A stretch of DNA of 64,000 nucleotides from an uncultured bacterium (GCA_963923455.1 CAWULT010000001.1:65677-129676), one strand, 5' to 3'; shown: positions 39,766-53,259, counted from the stretch's first letter. The notes: a model not told the origin generated them from the sequence alone. A program made the numbers and translations.

Positions 39766-40449
39766 ATGGTCGTCTACGTGGTCCCGATTCCGGCCGGTGC
39801 CGGACTGCGCTACGAGCTGTATTGCCCGACGGCAGGGGAGGTCGACGAGGAGACGCCCGTCGAACAGGCCGGCGCCATCGCCCGCTTCAGGCGGCGTTTC
39901 GCCGACACGATTCGCGATGCCGAGCAGCGCCAGCGCGACGAAGGCGACGCCCCGTCGGGCGTCGCCGCCCGCCTCAAGGAGCGGATGCTCGGCTGGATTG
40001 CCGAACGCGTCGCCGAGCAGCGTCTGCTGTGGAACCTGCGTCGCGAAACGGCCGTGGTGCTCGCGCACGCGGACGACACGCCGTTCGACGACGTCATGGC
40101 GATGGTCCGGGCGGAGCTCAAGGGCGATTACGAACGCCACCGGCGCTGGCTCGTCATCGACGGCACCCTGCTCCTGCTGTCGGGGCTGCTGGCGCTCATT
40201 CCGGGCCCGAACCTGGTGGCCTATTTCTTCATCTTCCGCGTCGGCGGCCACTGGTTCTCGATGCGCGGGGCCTCGCAGGGGCTGGCCAGGATCGACTGGA
40301 GCAGCCGGCCGGAGCCTGCGCTGCGCGAGCTGCGCGCCGCCGTCCTCGAGGAGCCTCGTGGACAGTCGCCGCGAATCGTTCCCGTGGCCGAGGCGCTCGA
40401 CTTGCCCGACCTGCCTGCGTTCGTCGCGCGCGTGACCGCGGGAGGCTGA
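39766..40449 (+). CDS. Hypothetical membrane-associated protein, resembles the Mit_KHE1 family
   Basis: [28 protein letters not shown]...[12 protein letters not shown]. Confidence 0.65.
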   Translation: MVVYVVPIPAGAGLRYELYCPTAGEVDEETPVEQAGAIARFRRRFADTIRDAEQRQRDEGDAPSGVAARLKERMLGWIAERVAEQRLLWNLRRETAVVLAHADDTPFDDVMAMVRAELKGDYERHRRWLVIDGTLLLLSGLLALIPGPNLVAYFFIFRVGGHWFSMRGASQGLARIDWSSRPEPALRELRAAVLEEPRGQSPRIVPVAEALDLPDLPAFVARVTAGG

Positions 40450-40531
40450 GGGCCTGCCGGGCGGCGCGTGCGGCAGTGGTATCCTCCTCGCACGGGACGC
40501 CGCCGTGGGCGCGTGCGACCGGGCCACACAC

Positions 40532-41581
40532 GTGAAACTCAGAGATCTCGCTGCGCGCATCGGGTGCCGGGTCGAAGGGGACGGTGAACTCGACATCGTC
40601 CGCGTGTCCGGCGTTCAGGACGCGGAGCCCGGGGACGTCACCTTCGTCGCCAACAGCAAGTACGAGAAGGATCTGCCGACGACGCGCGCGTCCGCGGTGA
40701 TCCTGCGCGACGGACGCCTGTCGGCGCCGTGCGCGGTGCTGCGGGCGGCCGATCCGTACCTGGCCTTCGCGCGGGCGGTCGCGGTCTTCGCGCCGCCGTC
40801 CCGTCCCGCGCCGGGCGTGCACCCGCTGGCGGCGATCGCGCCGGGCGCCGTGCTCGGACAGGGCGTCTCGATCGGGGCATTCGTCGCGATCGGCGAGGAC
40901 GCCGTCATCGGCGACGACACCGTGATCTACCCGAACACGACCATCGGGCCCGGCGCGCGCATCGGACACGGCTGCGTCATCCACTCGAACGTCGCGATCC
41001 GGGAGCGGGTCACGCTGGGCCATCGCGTGGTGCTGCAGAACGGGGTGGTGATCGGCGGGGACGGCTACGGGTTCGTGCGGCGTGCCGACGGCACGCACGA
41101 GAAAATTCCGCAGGTGGCGTCCGTCGTGATCGAGGACGACGTGGAGATCGGGGCCAACACGACCGTCGACCGGCCGGCGGTCGGCGAGACGCGCATCCGC
41201 GCCGGCGCGAAGATCGACAACCTGGTGCAGATCGCGCACGGCGTCACCGTGGGCCGCAACGCCCTGATGGCCGCGCAGGTCGGCGTGTCGGGCAGCACGG
41301 AGATTGGTGACGACGTCGTGTTCGGCGGACAGGTCGGCGTCGGCGGCCACCTGACGATCGGCCGTGGCGCCGTGGCCGTGGGGCAGTCGGGCGTGACCAA
41401 CTCGCTCGATCCCGGCGCGGTCGTCGCCGGGTATCCCGCGATCGAGCACCGCAACTGGCGCCGGTCGTCGGTGATCTTCAAGCATCTGCCGGACCTGCAG
41501 CGCCGCCTCGCGGCGCTCGAGGCCCGGGTCGCCGATCTGGCGAGGCGGGCGGGCGAGCCGGGGGAGGATTCGGAGCGGTGA
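40532..41581 (+). CDS. lpxD: UDP-3-O-acylglucosamine N-acyltransferase
   Basis: DPYLAFA, hexapeptide repeats, [15 protein letters not shown]. Confidence 0.95.
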   Translation: MKLRDLAARIGCRVEGDGELDIVRVSGVQDAEPGDVTFVANSKYEKDLPTTRASAVILRDGRLSAPCAVLRAADPYLAFARAVAVFAPPSRPAPGVHPLAAIAPGAVLGQGVSIGAFVAIGEDAVIGDDTVIYPNTTIGPGARIGHGCVIHSNVAIRERVTLGHRVVLQNGVVIGGDGYGFVRRADGTHEKIPQVASVVIEDDVEIGANTTVDRPAVGETRIRAGAKIDNLVQIAHGVTVGRNALMAAQVGVSGSTEIGDDVVFGGQVGVGGHLTIGRGAVAVGQSGVTNSLDPGAVVAGYPAIEHRNWRRSSVIFKHLPDLQRRLAALEARVADLARRAGEPGEDSER

Positions 41582-42366
41582 CGCGGTGCGTGCTGGTGTG
41601 TCTACTGGTGTGCCTCGGCGCGCCGATTGCCGCGAGGGCCCAGCAGCAGCCCGCCGCGGCCGACGCGTCTCCTGCGTTCGAGCTCCTGCCGGGGTACGAC
41701 TTCCGCATCGGCCTCGAACACCTGTCGGGGGACGACCCGCGATTCGTCTGGGACGCCCACTACGGCGGCGTGATCGGCCTGTTCGACTACCGCGGCCTCC
41801 GCCTGAACATGGTGGCGGACTACGAGGCGCTGCTCGGGAACGAGTACCAGCCCTTCGATCCTCTCCAGGGCAACTACGCGCTCGGCGGCAGCCTGGGCGG
41901 CAAGGTCGGTGGCGTGCAGCTCGACGTGGTGATGCACCACCTGTCGCGGCACATGGGCGACCGCGCCAAGCGCGACGCCATCGCCTGGAACATGTACGGA
42001 GGCCGGGTCTCGGGCACGCGGACGCGCGGGGCGCTGCGGATGGACAGCCGGGCGCTGCTGCGCTTCAGCACCAACAAGGCGTTCGTCGACTACAACTGGG
42101 AGGTCGAAGCCGGCACGACGGGGCGTTATCGGGTGCGCTCGAAGGCGTCGTGGATCTGGGCCGGCGAACTGCGCCGGATCGGCGTGGACGGCACCCGCAA
42201 TCGTGGCACCCAGACCGGCTACCGTGTCGAGGGCGGCGTGCGGCTCGACGGCCGCGCGGGCGACCTGGAGGTCGTGGCGGGCTACGAGCGCCGGATCGAC
42301 CCGTACCAGCTCGAGTTCGGGACCGTCCAGTGGGTGACGGCAGGGTTCCGCGTCGTCAGCCGCTGA
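41578..42366 (+). CDS. Putative outer-membrane beta-barrel protein
   Basis: Signal peptide, amphipathic strands, HHLSRHMGD motif; GTGA coupling to lpxD. Confidence 0.65.
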   Translation: MTRCVLVCLLVCLGAPIAARAQQQPAAADASPAFELLPGYDFRIGLEHLSGDDPRFVWDAHYGGVIGLFDYRGLRLNMVADYEALLGNEYQPFDPLQGNYALGGSLGGKVGGVQLDVVMHHLSRHMGDRAKRDAIAWNMYGGRVSGTRTRGALRMDSRALLRFSTNKAFVDYNWEVEAGTTGRYRVRSKASWIWAGELRRIGVDGTRNRGTQTGYRVEGGVRLDGRAGDLEVVAGYERRIDPYQLEFGTVQWVTAGFRVVSR

Positions 42367-42419
42367 CCCCTGGGCCCGGACGGCCGAACCCGTCGTCGAT
42401 GCCATAATCGCGAGAGACT

Positions 42420-43790
42420 ATGCCTGTGCCCGTTGCCCCTCGTCGTCCGTGGCGGATCGCCGGCGTGCTGGCGGCCTGCGGCCTGGCCGCGCTCGTGCTG
42501 GCGCCGCTGCAGGCGGCGGTGCACCCGCCCAAGCTGCAGTACCAGATGACGACGCTGCCGAACGGGCTGCGCGTGATCCTGTCGGAGGATCACTCGACGC
42601 CCATCGTGCACGTGTCGCTCTGGTACCACGTCGGCTCGAAGAACGAGCGCCCGGGGCGCACCGGCTTCGCGCACCTGTTCGAACACATGATGTTCAAGGG
42701 CTCGAAGAACGTGGAGCCCGAGTCGCACACCTCGATCATCGCCGGCGTCGGCGGGCGCAGCAACGCCTACACCACCGAGGACGAGACGGTGTTCTGGCAG
42801 ACGCTGCCGGCGCACTTCATGCCGCTCGCGCTCTGGATGGAAGCCGATCGCATGGCGACGCTGCGGGTCGACGAGACCGCGTTCCGGCGGGAGCGCGAGG
42901 TCGTCAAGGAAGAACGGCGGATGCGGATCGAGAACCAGCCGTACGGCCGGCTCTCCGAGATCATCTACGACCACGCGTTCACCGCGCACCCGTACAAGCA
43001 CCCGACGATTGGCAGCATGGCCGACCTCGAGGCCGCGTCGATCGCCGACGTCCGGGAATTCCACGACACGTACTACGTGCCCGAGAATGCCGTGTTGACC
43101 GTGGTCGGCGATTTCGACACCGCGCCGACGCTGCAGCTCATCACGCAGTACTTCGGGCGCATTCCAAAGGCGGCCCGGCCGGTCCCGCGTGACATCCCGA
43201 AGGAGCCGGCGCAGACCCGCGAGCGGCGGGTCACCGTCGAGGAGGCGTGGCCGCTGCCGGCCGTCGTGGTGGCCTATCACGTCACCTACGACGGGCACCC
43301 CGACTCGTATCCGCTCCACATCACGTCGAAGATCCTGTCCGATGGCCAGAGCGCCCGGATTCCACGGAGCCTGGTCTACGAGAAGCGGCTCGCGCTGACG
43401 GCCTTCGGCAGCGGCAACATCACCGAGGACCCGAACCTCTTCTATGCGGTGGCGATCGTGCAGCCTGGCCGGTCGCCGGCCGAGGCCGAGGCGGCACTCA
43501 TCGCCGAGTTCGAGAAGCTGAAGCAGGAGCCGGTCACGGGGGGCGAACTGCAGCGGGCCAAGAACCAGTTCGCGCGCGACTACATCGTCGGGCGGGAGTC
43601 GAACCAGGACAAGGCGCTGCACCTGGCGCACGCCGCGGTCATCCACAACGACATCACGACGGCGGACGGCGAGTTCGAGATCTTCACCAACATCACGACG
43701 GCCGACGTGCAGCGCGTGGCCCGGACGTACTTCAACGCGGCCAACCGGGTGGTGATCCACATCCTCCCGAAGGGCACCGGCTCGAGATAG
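42420..43790 (+). CDS. M16B zinc peptidase, catalytic subunit, exported
   Basis: GFAHLFEHMMFKGS (HxxEH), NAYT, EREVVKEERR. Confidence 0.93.
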   Translation: MPVPVAPRRPWRIAGVLAACGLAALVLAPLQAAVHPPKLQYQMTTLPNGLRVILSEDHSTPIVHVSLWYHVGSKNERPGRTGFAHLFEHMMFKGSKNVEPESHTSIIAGVGGRSNAYTTEDETVFWQTLPAHFMPLALWMEADRMATLRVDETAFRREREVVKEERRMRIENQPYGRLSEIIYDHAFTAHPYKHPTIGSMADLEAASIADVREFHDTYYVPENAVLTVVGDFDTAPTLQLITQYFGRIPKAARPVPRDIPKEPAQTRERRVTVEEAWPLPAVVVAYHVTYDGHPDSYPLHITSKILSDGQSARIPRSLVYEKRLALTAFGSGNITEDPNLFYAVAIVQPGRSPAEAEAALIAEFEKLKQEPVTGGELQRAKNQFARDYIVGRESNQDKALHLAHAAVIHNDITTADGEFEIFTNITTADVQRVARTYFNAANRVVIHILPKGTGSR

Positions 43791-43798
43791 GGACGGCG

Positions 43799-45349
43799 AT
43801 GACTGGGCATCTTGGCGGAACCGGCGTGCCGCTTCGCTTGTGGGGACTCACCGTCGCGCTGGCGGGCCTCGTGACCGGCTTGTGCGTTTCGGTGGCCGGC
43901 GCGCAGAGCGCGGGCCTGAACTGGCCGTCGGAGCGGCCGCCCAGGCCGCTGGCGGCCCGCGAGGTCCGGTTCCCGCCCTACGAGGTCCGGACGCTCCCCA
44001 ACGGGCTCAAGGTGGTCGTCGTGCTGCACCACGAGCAGCCTGCGGTCACGATGCGCCTCCTCGTCGGCGCCGGCGCTGCCGCCGATCCGCAGGGGAAGGG
44101 GGGCACGTCGAACCTCGTGGCCAGCCTGCTCGACCAGGGCACGACCAGCCGGACCGCACAGCAGATCGCGGATCAGATCGACTCGATCGGCGGCGCCCTC
44201 GGCACCGGATCGGGTTCCGACCTGACCTTCGCCAACGTCGTGGTGATGAAGGACTCGTTCGGCCTGGCGATGGACCTGCTGGGCGACGTGGTTCGCAACC
44301 CGGCGTTCTCGCCCGACGAGATCGACCGGCAGAAGCAGCAGGCCGTCTCGGCGCTCCAGGTGAGCGCCAACGATCCGGACTACGTCGCGTCGGTCGTGGT
44401 CGAGCGGCTCGTCTACGGGTTCCACCCCTACGGCCTGCCGGGGAGCGGGACCGAGGCGTCCATCTCAGGCATCACGCGCGAGGACCTGCAGGCCTTCCAC
44501 AAGCGCTATTTCGTCCCGAACAACATGATCCTCGGCATCGTCGGCGACGTGACGAGCGAGGAGGCCTTCGCCGCGGCCGATCGCGTGTTCGGCAACTGGC
44601 CGCGGGCCGACGTGCCGGCGCCGGCGCCGACCGCGCCGCCGCCGTCGACCCGGCGCGTCGTCGTGATCGACAAGCCCGACGCCGTGCAGACGGAGATTCG
44701 CATCGGCCAGCTGGCGATCCCCCGGAAGCACCCCGACTACACGGCGTTCGACGTCGCCGTGAAGATCCTCGGCGGGGAAGGCGCCAACCGCCTGCAGCGC
44801 GTGCTGCGGTCCGAGCGCGGCCTGACCTACGGAGCCGAGGCCGACACCAACGCGATGAAACAGGCCGGGGCCTACGTGGCCGAGACGGACACGCGCACCG
44901 AAACGACGGGCGAGGTGCTGCGGCTGGCGATCGACGAGTTCGGCAAGCTCCCGCGCCAGCGCGTGTTCGAGCGCGAGCTGGCCGACGCGCAAGCCTACCT
45001 GGCCGGCAGCTTCCCGCTGACGATCGAGACGCCGAACGAGATCGCCACGCAGGTGCTCAACGCCGTGTTCTACGACCTGCCGATGAGCGACATCCCGACC
45101 TACCGCGAGCGCGTGCAGGCGGTGACGCCGGACGACATCCTGCGGGTGTCGCAGCGATACATCCAGCCGGACCGGCTGTCGATCGTACTGGTCGGCAACG
45201 CCACGTTCTTCCTGCCCCAGCTGCGCGCCGTGGGGTTCACGGACGTCGAGGTGATTCCGCTCGATCAGCTCGACCTGACGTCGCCCACGCTCCGGCGCGA
45301 CCAGGCCCCGGGCGCGCGTACCGGCGCCGGCGGTCCCCGCACCCGGTAG
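43799..45349 (+). CDS. M16B peptidase, non-catalytic partner subunit
   Basis: LPNGLKV fold, HxxEH replaced by NLVASL, LRSERGLTYG. Confidence 0.88.
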   Translation: MTGHLGGTGVPLRLWGLTVALAGLVTGLCVSVAGAQSAGLNWPSERPPRPLAAREVRFPPYEVRTLPNGLKVVVVLHHEQPAVTMRLLVGAGAAADPQGKGGTSNLVASLLDQGTTSRTAQQIADQIDSIGGALGTGSGSDLTFANVVVMKDSFGLAMDLLGDVVRNPAFSPDEIDRQKQQAVSALQVSANDPDYVASVVVERLVYGFHPYGLPGSGTEASISGITREDLQAFHKRYFVPNNMILGIVGDVTSEEAFAAADRVFGNWPRADVPAPAPTAPPPSTRRVVVIDKPDAVQTEIRIGQLAIPRKHPDYTAFDVAVKILGGEGANRLQRVLRSERGLTYGAEADTNAMKQAGAYVAETDTRTETTGEVLRLAIDEFGKLPRQRVFERELADAQAYLAGSFPLTIETPNEIATQVLNAVFYDLPMSDIPTYRERVQAVTPDDILRVSQRYIQPDRLSIVLVGNATFFLPQLRAVGFTDVEVIPLDQLDLTSPTLRRDQAPGARTGAGGPRTR

Positions 45350-45371
45350 TCGGCGCGGCGGGGCCGGTCGG

Positions 45372-46529
45372 ATGCGCATCCTGATCTCCTGCGGCGAGGC
45401 GTCGGGCGACGTGTACGCCGCCGCGCTTGCGGCCGAACTGCAGCGGCAGGCGCCAGGCGTCGAGATCGCGGGCTTCGGCGGCGACCGGTTCGCGGCGTCC
45501 GGCGCCCGCCTGATCGGCCACTACGCGCACGTGTCGGTGACCGGCCTGACCGAGGCGGTTCGGGTCATCCCGCGCGCCCTCGCGATGGTGCGGCGCCTCA
45601 CCGAGGCCGCCCGCGCGTTCCGGCCCGACGTCTTCGTCCCGATCGACTTCCCCGACTTCAACTTCCGCGCGATGGCCGCCATCCATGGGCTCGGCGTCCC
45701 GGTGGTCTACTACATCAGCCCGCAGCTCTGGGCGTGGCGCCCGGGCCGGATGAAGACCATGCGGCGCTACGTCGACCGCGTGCTGGTGATCTTCCCGTTC
45801 GAGGAGGCGATCTATCAGCGGGCCGGCGTGCCCGTCGAGTTCGTCGGCCATCCCCTCATCGGCATGACCCGGTCGGCGGTCGACGAGAGGGCGCGGCCCG
45901 GCTGGCGCCGCGCGCACGGCCTGGCGCCGGATGCGCCGACGGTGGCGCTGTTGCCGGGCAGCCGGCGCAGCGAACTGGCGCACATCGTGCCGACGATCGT
46001 GGAGGCGCTCCCGCGCATCGTCGCGCGCGTGCCGGGCGCGCAGTTCGTCGTCGCGCAGGCGCCGAACCTCCCGGACCGCCTGTTCGAGCCGCTGGCGGCG
46101 CATCCGGCGAAGCCCGTGTTCGTGCGCGAGCGGACCGACGACGTGCTGGCCGGGTCGGACGTGGCGATCACCGCGTCGGGCACCGCGACGGTGCAGTGCG
46201 CGATCCACGAGCGGCCGATGGTCGTGGTGTACCGCCTCTCGTCGCTGACCTACGCGCTCGGCAGGCCGTTCGCGCTCGTGGACACCTACGCCATGCCGAA
46301 CCTCATCGCCGGACGCCGGATCGTGCCGGAGCTGATCCAGGACGGCTTCACCCCGGAGCGGGTCGCCGAGGAGACGGCGGCGCTGCTGACGGAGCCGGCG
46401 CGTTTCGCGGCGATGCGCGACGCGCTGCGGGACGTCCGCGCGCGGCTGGGCGGGCCGGGTGCCACCGCGCGGGCCGCGGCGGCCGTGCTCGAGGTCGCGC
46501 GCGCGGCGCGCGCCCGGAGGCAGCCATGA
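45372..46529 (+). CDS. lpxB: Lipid-A-disaccharide synthase
   Basis: GEASGD, IDFPDFN, YYISPQLWAWR, LLPGSR, ASGTAT. Confidence 0.95.
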   Translation: MRILISCGEASGDVYAAALAAELQRQAPGVEIAGFGGDRFAASGARLIGHYAHVSVTGLTEAVRVIPRALAMVRRLTEAARAFRPDVFVPIDFPDFNFRAMAAIHGLGVPVVYYISPQLWAWRPGRMKTMRRYVDRVLVIFPFEEAIYQRAGVPVEFVGHPLIGMTRSAVDERARPGWRRAHGLAPDAPTVALLPGSRRSELAHIVPTIVEALPRIVARVPGAQFVVAQAPNLPDRLFEPLAAHPAKPVFVRERTDDVLAGSDVAITASGTATVQCAIHERPMVVVYRLSSLTYALGRPFALVDTYAMPNLIAGRRIVPELIQDGFTPERVAEETAALLTEPARFAAMRDALRDVRARLGGPGATARAAAAVLEVARAARARRQP

Positions 46530-47089
46530 GCGCGGGCAGGGCCGCGCCGGGCCGGCGGCGCGTTGCGGGGTGGATCCTCGGGGCGGCGCTGGCGTGGTCG
46601 ACGGTGGCCGCGAGGGCGACGGTGCTGCTGCCGGCGGAGTTCGACGACATGGTGGCGGGCTCGTCCGTCATCGTCCATGGGCGCATCCTGGATGTGCGCG
46701 GGCAGGCCTCGGGCGACCGTCGAACCATCGAGAGCCTCGTGACCCTCGAGGTCGAGGAGACCTTCAAGGGACGCCCCGGGCGCGTGGTCTCGTTCCGTGT
46801 ACCCGGCGGTCAGGTGGGCCGCTACCGGCGTGTCATGGTGGGCGCTCCCGTGTTCGCCGAAGGGGACGAGGTCGTGTTGTTCCTGCGCGGCTCGGCGCCC
46901 GTCCTGCCGATGCCGTACGGGCTCAATCAGGGGGTCTTCCGCGTCGTCCGCGACGGCTCGGGGCGGGCGCTCGTCGGTTCGCCGGATGCCGCGACCGGCC
47001 GGGTCGTGCGAGGCGATCCCGCCCGGACGCCGGTGCCGCTCGACGTGTTCGCCCGCCGCGTGCGGACGGTACCGGAGGCGGGCCGTTGA
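46526..47089 (+). CDS. Secreted protein, possible TIMP/NTR-like OB fold
   Basis: Signal ending ARA; SVIVHGRI...VEETFKG...PGG...FAEGDEVVLFL; coupled to both neighbours. Confidence 0.65.
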   Translation: MSAGRAAPGRRRVAGWILGAALAWSTVAARATVLLPAEFDDMVAGSSVIVHGRILDVRGQASGDRRTIESLVTLEVEETFKGRPGRVVSFRVPGGQVGRYRRVMVGAPVFAEGDEVVLFLRGSAPVLPMPYGLNQGVFRVVRDGSGRALVGSPDAATGRVVRGDPARTPVPLDVFARRVRTVPEAGR

Positions 47090-48081
47090 GGCGGCTGCTG
47101 TCCGCGGCCGCCGCCGTCGTCCTCGTGCTGGCGTCGGCGCCAGCCCAGGGGTACCTGCACCTGACGGCCCCGACGAGCGCCGGCTCGCGGGCGCTGCGCT
47201 GGTCGGCGTCGCCGGTCCGCTGGTTCGCCTCCGAGCGCGGCGTGCCGGGAGTATCGCCATCCGAGTTCCAGGCGGCGGTATCCCGGGCGTTCGGCGCGTG
47301 GGAGGCGGTTCCGACGGCGTCGGCCGCGTCCGCGTTCGGCGGCTTCACGAGCGGCTCCCCGCTCGAGGACGACGGCCTCTCGGTGTTCGGGTTCGAGGAC
47401 GCGCCCGACCTCGAGCGCGTCCTCGGCGCGACGTCGTTCGTGGTGGACGTCACGACCGGCGAACTCGTCGAGGCCGACGTCTTCTTCAACACGCGCTTCG
47501 CCTGGTCCACCGCGGCCGCGGGCGACCCGGCGGCCTTCGACCTGCAGTCGGTGGCCACGCACGAGATCGGTCACGTCCTGGGGCTCGGTCACTCGGCGCT
47601 CGGGGAGACCGAGGTGCTGCCGACGGGCGGTCGCCGCGTGCTGGCGTCGGGCGCGGTGATGTTCCCGATCTCGTTCGGCCGCGGCAACGTCGCGGACCGG
47701 ATCCTCCAGCCGGACGACATCGCGGGCATCTCGGACCTGTACCCGGACGGCGACTTCCGGCAGCGCACGGGCGGGGTGCAGGGCCAGGTGCGCCTCGGCG
47801 GGCGACCGGTGATCGGCGCGCACGTCGCCGCGTTCGACCCGCGCCGCGGCACCCTCGTCGGCGGTTTTGCGCTGGGCGCGGACGGCGCGTTCGCGATCAA
47901 CGGCCTCGAGCCCGGCCCCTACGTGCTGCGCGTCGAGCCGCTCGACGACGCCGAGGTGGAGAGCTTCTTCAGCGGCAGCGGCCTCGAGCGCGGGTTCCAG
48001 CCGGTCGTGTACGACCGGCTGGTCGTGGCGCCCCGTGGCGGTGCGAGCCCGCCGGCCAGCATCGACGTGAGGCCTCGCTGA
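47086..48081 (+). CDS. Matrixin-family (M10-like metzincin) metalloprotease with C-terminal carboxypeptidase-regulatory-like domain
   Basis: HEIGHVLGLGH, Met-turn AVMFP, DDIAGI; TTG start overlaps the upstream TGA. Confidence 0.87.
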   Translation: MRRLLSAAAAVVLVLASAPAQGYLHLTAPTSAGSRALRWSASPVRWFASERGVPGVSPSEFQAAVSRAFGAWEAVPTASAASAFGGFTSGSPLEDDGLSVFGFEDAPDLERVLGATSFVVDVTTGELVEADVFFNTRFAWSTAAAGDPAAFDLQSVATHEIGHVLGLGHSALGETEVLPTGGRRVLASGAVMFPISFGRGNVADRILQPDDIAGISDLYPDGDFRQRTGGVQGQVRLGGRPVIGAHVAAFDPRRGTLVGGFALGADGAFAINGLEPGPYVLRVEPLDDAEVESFFSGSGLERGFQPVVYDRLVVAPRGGASPPASIDVRPR

Positions 48082-48782
48082 TGGGCGGCCGTGCCCGGCG
48101 AGAGGCGCCCGGGTGGCGGGTCGTGGCGGCGCCGTTCGTGGCAGCGATGTCGCTCGTGCTCGGAGCGGCGCCGGCTCGCGCGCAGCCGCCACGGATCGAC
48201 GTGGCCGTCGCCGGGGCCTGGAGCAGCGGCGCTGCGCTGGGGGGCCCCGACGCGTCACTGCGCGCCAACGGAGGCGCGGGCCCCTACCGTCTGTTCGCGT
48301 CACGCACGACCCTCGAGGGCGGGAGCGGAATCGAGGTCCGGATGGCGGTCGCGCTGGGCCGGCGCCTGGCGATCGAGGCACGCGGCTCGAGGGGCGCGCC
48401 CGAACTGGTGACGTCGACGAGCGCAGACGTGGAGGGCGCTGCCGCCGCCAGGGTCCGCGAGCGCGTCGAGGCCTACGGTCTCGATGGCGGCCTGGTGCTG
48501 CGGTGGCCCGCCTGGCGGGCCGCCGGGATCGAGCCGTTCGTCGAGGCGGGGGCCGGGTACCTGCGGCTGCGGCACGAGGGGCGCCTGCTGATCGACGAGG
48601 GTGTCACCTACCACGCCGGGGCCGGTGCGCGACGGACGCTGTGGACGCGGCCGCGCGGCGTCGTCCGCACCATCGGCGTGTCCGGCGACGTCCGGTTCGT
48701 CGCCGCGCCTGGTGGCCTCGGCCTCACCGGACGCGCCCTGCGGCGGACCGTCGTCACCGCGGGGCTCGTGGCCGGCTTCTGA
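48081..48782 (+). CDS. Putative outer-membrane beta-barrel protein
   Basis: Signal peptide, [12 protein letters not shown]-terminal GLVAGF. Confidence 0.68.
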   Translation: MGGRARREAPGWRVVAAPFVAAMSLVLGAAPARAQPPRIDVAVAGAWSSGAALGGPDASLRANGGAGPYRLFASRTTLEGGSGIEVRMAVALGRRLAIEARGSRGAPELVTSTSADVEGAAAARVRERVEAYGLDGGLVLRWPAWRAAGIEPFVEAGAGYLRLRHEGRLLIDEGVTYHAGAGARRTLWTRPRGVVRTIGVSGDVRFVAAPGGLGLTGRALRRTVVTAGLVAGF

Positions 48783-48873
48783 GCCGTCCAGGCCTTCTCG
48801 GGCCTGTCGGGGCGGGGTATCATCAGCGGCTGGGACCCCCGAACGGAACGTCAACCTCACTTGCCTGCGACAC

Positions 48874-51579
<2,706 letters not shown>

Positions 51580-51583
51580 GGAC

Positions 51584-52630
51584 TTGCTGACCGCCGGCGC
51601 CGTCAAGGCCAAGGCTCGCGAGCTCGGGTTCGACCTCTGCGGCATCGCGCCGGTCGAGGACTTTCCCGAACTCGCCTTTCTCCGCGAGTGGCTGGCCCGG
51701 GGCTACGCCGGGACCATGACCTGGCTGAATCGCACGGTTCGCGTCAGGTCCAACGCCCGCCACATCGTGCCCGGCGCGCGCAGCGTCGTCGTGACGGGCA
51801 CCCTGTACAACACAGACCGGCCCTACGTGGAGCGCACGCCGCCGGACGCGGCGCGCGTGTCCCGCTATGCGTGGGGTGACGACTACCACGACGTCGTCGG
51901 GCGGCGCCTTCGCGCGCTGGATGCCTGGATGCACGCGGCGTCGCCGACGCCGTTCGAGTCGCGGCCGTACGTCGATACCGGCCCCGTGCTCGAGCGCGTC
52001 TACGCGCAGTACGCGGGCCTCGGCTGGATCGGCAAGAACACCTGCCTGATCAACCCCGAGCTCGGGTCGTGGCTGTTCCTCGGCGCCATCGTCTGTGCCC
52101 TGGAACTCACCCCAGACGTCCAGGGGCTGGAGCAGTGTGGCCGCTGCACGCGGTGCCTCGATGCGTGCCCGACCGGGGCGCTGGTCGAGCCTGGGGTGCT
52201 CGAGGCCACGCGGTGCCTGTCCTATCTGACCATCGAGCTGCGGTCCGGCATTCCGGAGGCGCTCCGGCCGGCGCTCGGCACGTACGTCTACGGCTGTGAC
52301 ATCTGCCAGGAGGTCTGCCCGTTCAACCAGCCGGCGGCCGTCTCGGGCGACCCCGCGTGGCGGCCGCATGCCGGCGTCGAGGGGCCGTCGCTCGCGGCGC
52401 TGTGGCGGCAGCGTGACGCCGAGCTGCTGGCCTGGGCCGAAGGCACGGCCATGCTGCGGGCCCCGCTGACGAACCTGCGGCGCAACCTCGCCGTCGCGAT
52501 CGGCAACAGCGGGGACGCCGAGGCGCTGACGGCGCTCGCCGAGGCCGCGGGACCGGAACGGCCGTCGGCCGACGACCCGATGGTGCGGGAGCACGTGGCC
52601 TGGGCGCTCGCCCGGGCGCCGCGGTCCTGA
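51584..52630 (+). CDS. queG: Epoxyqueuosine reductase
   Basis: RYAWGDDYH, VDTGPVLER, CGRCTRCLDACPT, YGCDICQEVCP. Confidence 0.95.
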   Translation: MLTAGAVKAKARELGFDLCGIAPVEDFPELAFLREWLARGYAGTMTWLNRTVRVRSNARHIVPGARSVVVTGTLYNTDRPYVERTPPDAARVSRYAWGDDYHDVVGRRLRALDAWMHAASPTPFESRPYVDTGPVLERVYAQYAGLGWIGKNTCLINPELGSWLFLGAIVCALELTPDVQGLEQCGRCTRCLDACPTGALVEPGVLEATRCLSYLTIELRSGIPEALRPALGTYVYGCDICQEVCPFNQPAAVSGDPAWRPHAGVEGPSLAALWRQRDAELLAWAEGTAMLRAPLTNLRRNLAVAIGNSGDAEALTALAEAAGPERPSADDPMVREHVAWALARAPRS

Positions 52631-52688
52631 TCTGGAACGCCGGCGATCGAGGCCGCGAGCTCCGCGGTATGCGGGGTATGATCGCGGC

Positions 52689-53237
52689 ATGTCCGGCGCC
52701 GCGCCCCTGCTCCTGCTCTCGATGCCTCAGATGGCCGATCCGAACTTCGCGCGGACGGTCATCCTGCTGTGCGACTACACCAGCGACGGCGCGTTCGGCC
52801 TCGTCGTCAATCGCCAGATGGGCGAGCCCGCGCACCAGATGGTGAGGACCGATCCGCCCATCACCGTCGACCCCGACCTCCGGCTGTGGATCGGCGGCCC
52901 CGTCGATCCGCAGCGGACCTGGGTGCTGATGAGCGAGTCGCAGGGCCCGGAGGAGGAACAGCGCGAGGTCGCGCCCGGCGTGCTGTTGTCGGTCTCGCAC
53001 GACCTGACGATGCGCCTGCTCCAGCAGCCGCCCACCAGCCGCGCGCGTGTCGTGGTGGGCTACGCCGGCTGGGGGCCGGGGCAGCTCGATCAGGAGATCG
53101 CGGCCGGTTCGTGGCTGTCGATGGACGTCGATCCGTCCTTGATTTTCGGCGTGCCGGCCGACGAGATGTGGGAGACGGCGCTGCGCCGTCTCGGCACCGA
53201 CCCGGCCGCACTGCAGACCAGTGCCGGCGTGCACTGA
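52689..53237 (+). CDS. YqgE/AlgH family protein
   Basis: DPNFARTVILL, GAFGLVVNR, GGPV, GYAGWGPGQL. Confidence 0.92.
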   Translation: MSGAAPLLLLSMPQMADPNFARTVILLCDYTSDGAFGLVVNRQMGEPAHQMVRTDPPITVDPDLRLWIGGPVDPQRTWVLMSESQGPEEEQREVAPGVLLSVSHDLTMRLLQQPPTSRARVVVGYAGWGPGQLDQEIAAGSWLSMDVDPSLIFGVPADEMWETALRRLGTDPAALQTSAGVH

Positions 53238-53259
53238 GCCTCGCGAGGGGAGGTCACGC

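Noticed and set aside
43799-45349. M16 subunit lacking HxxEH as a novel pseudo-enzyme
   Set aside because: Active/inactive M16B heterodimers are established.
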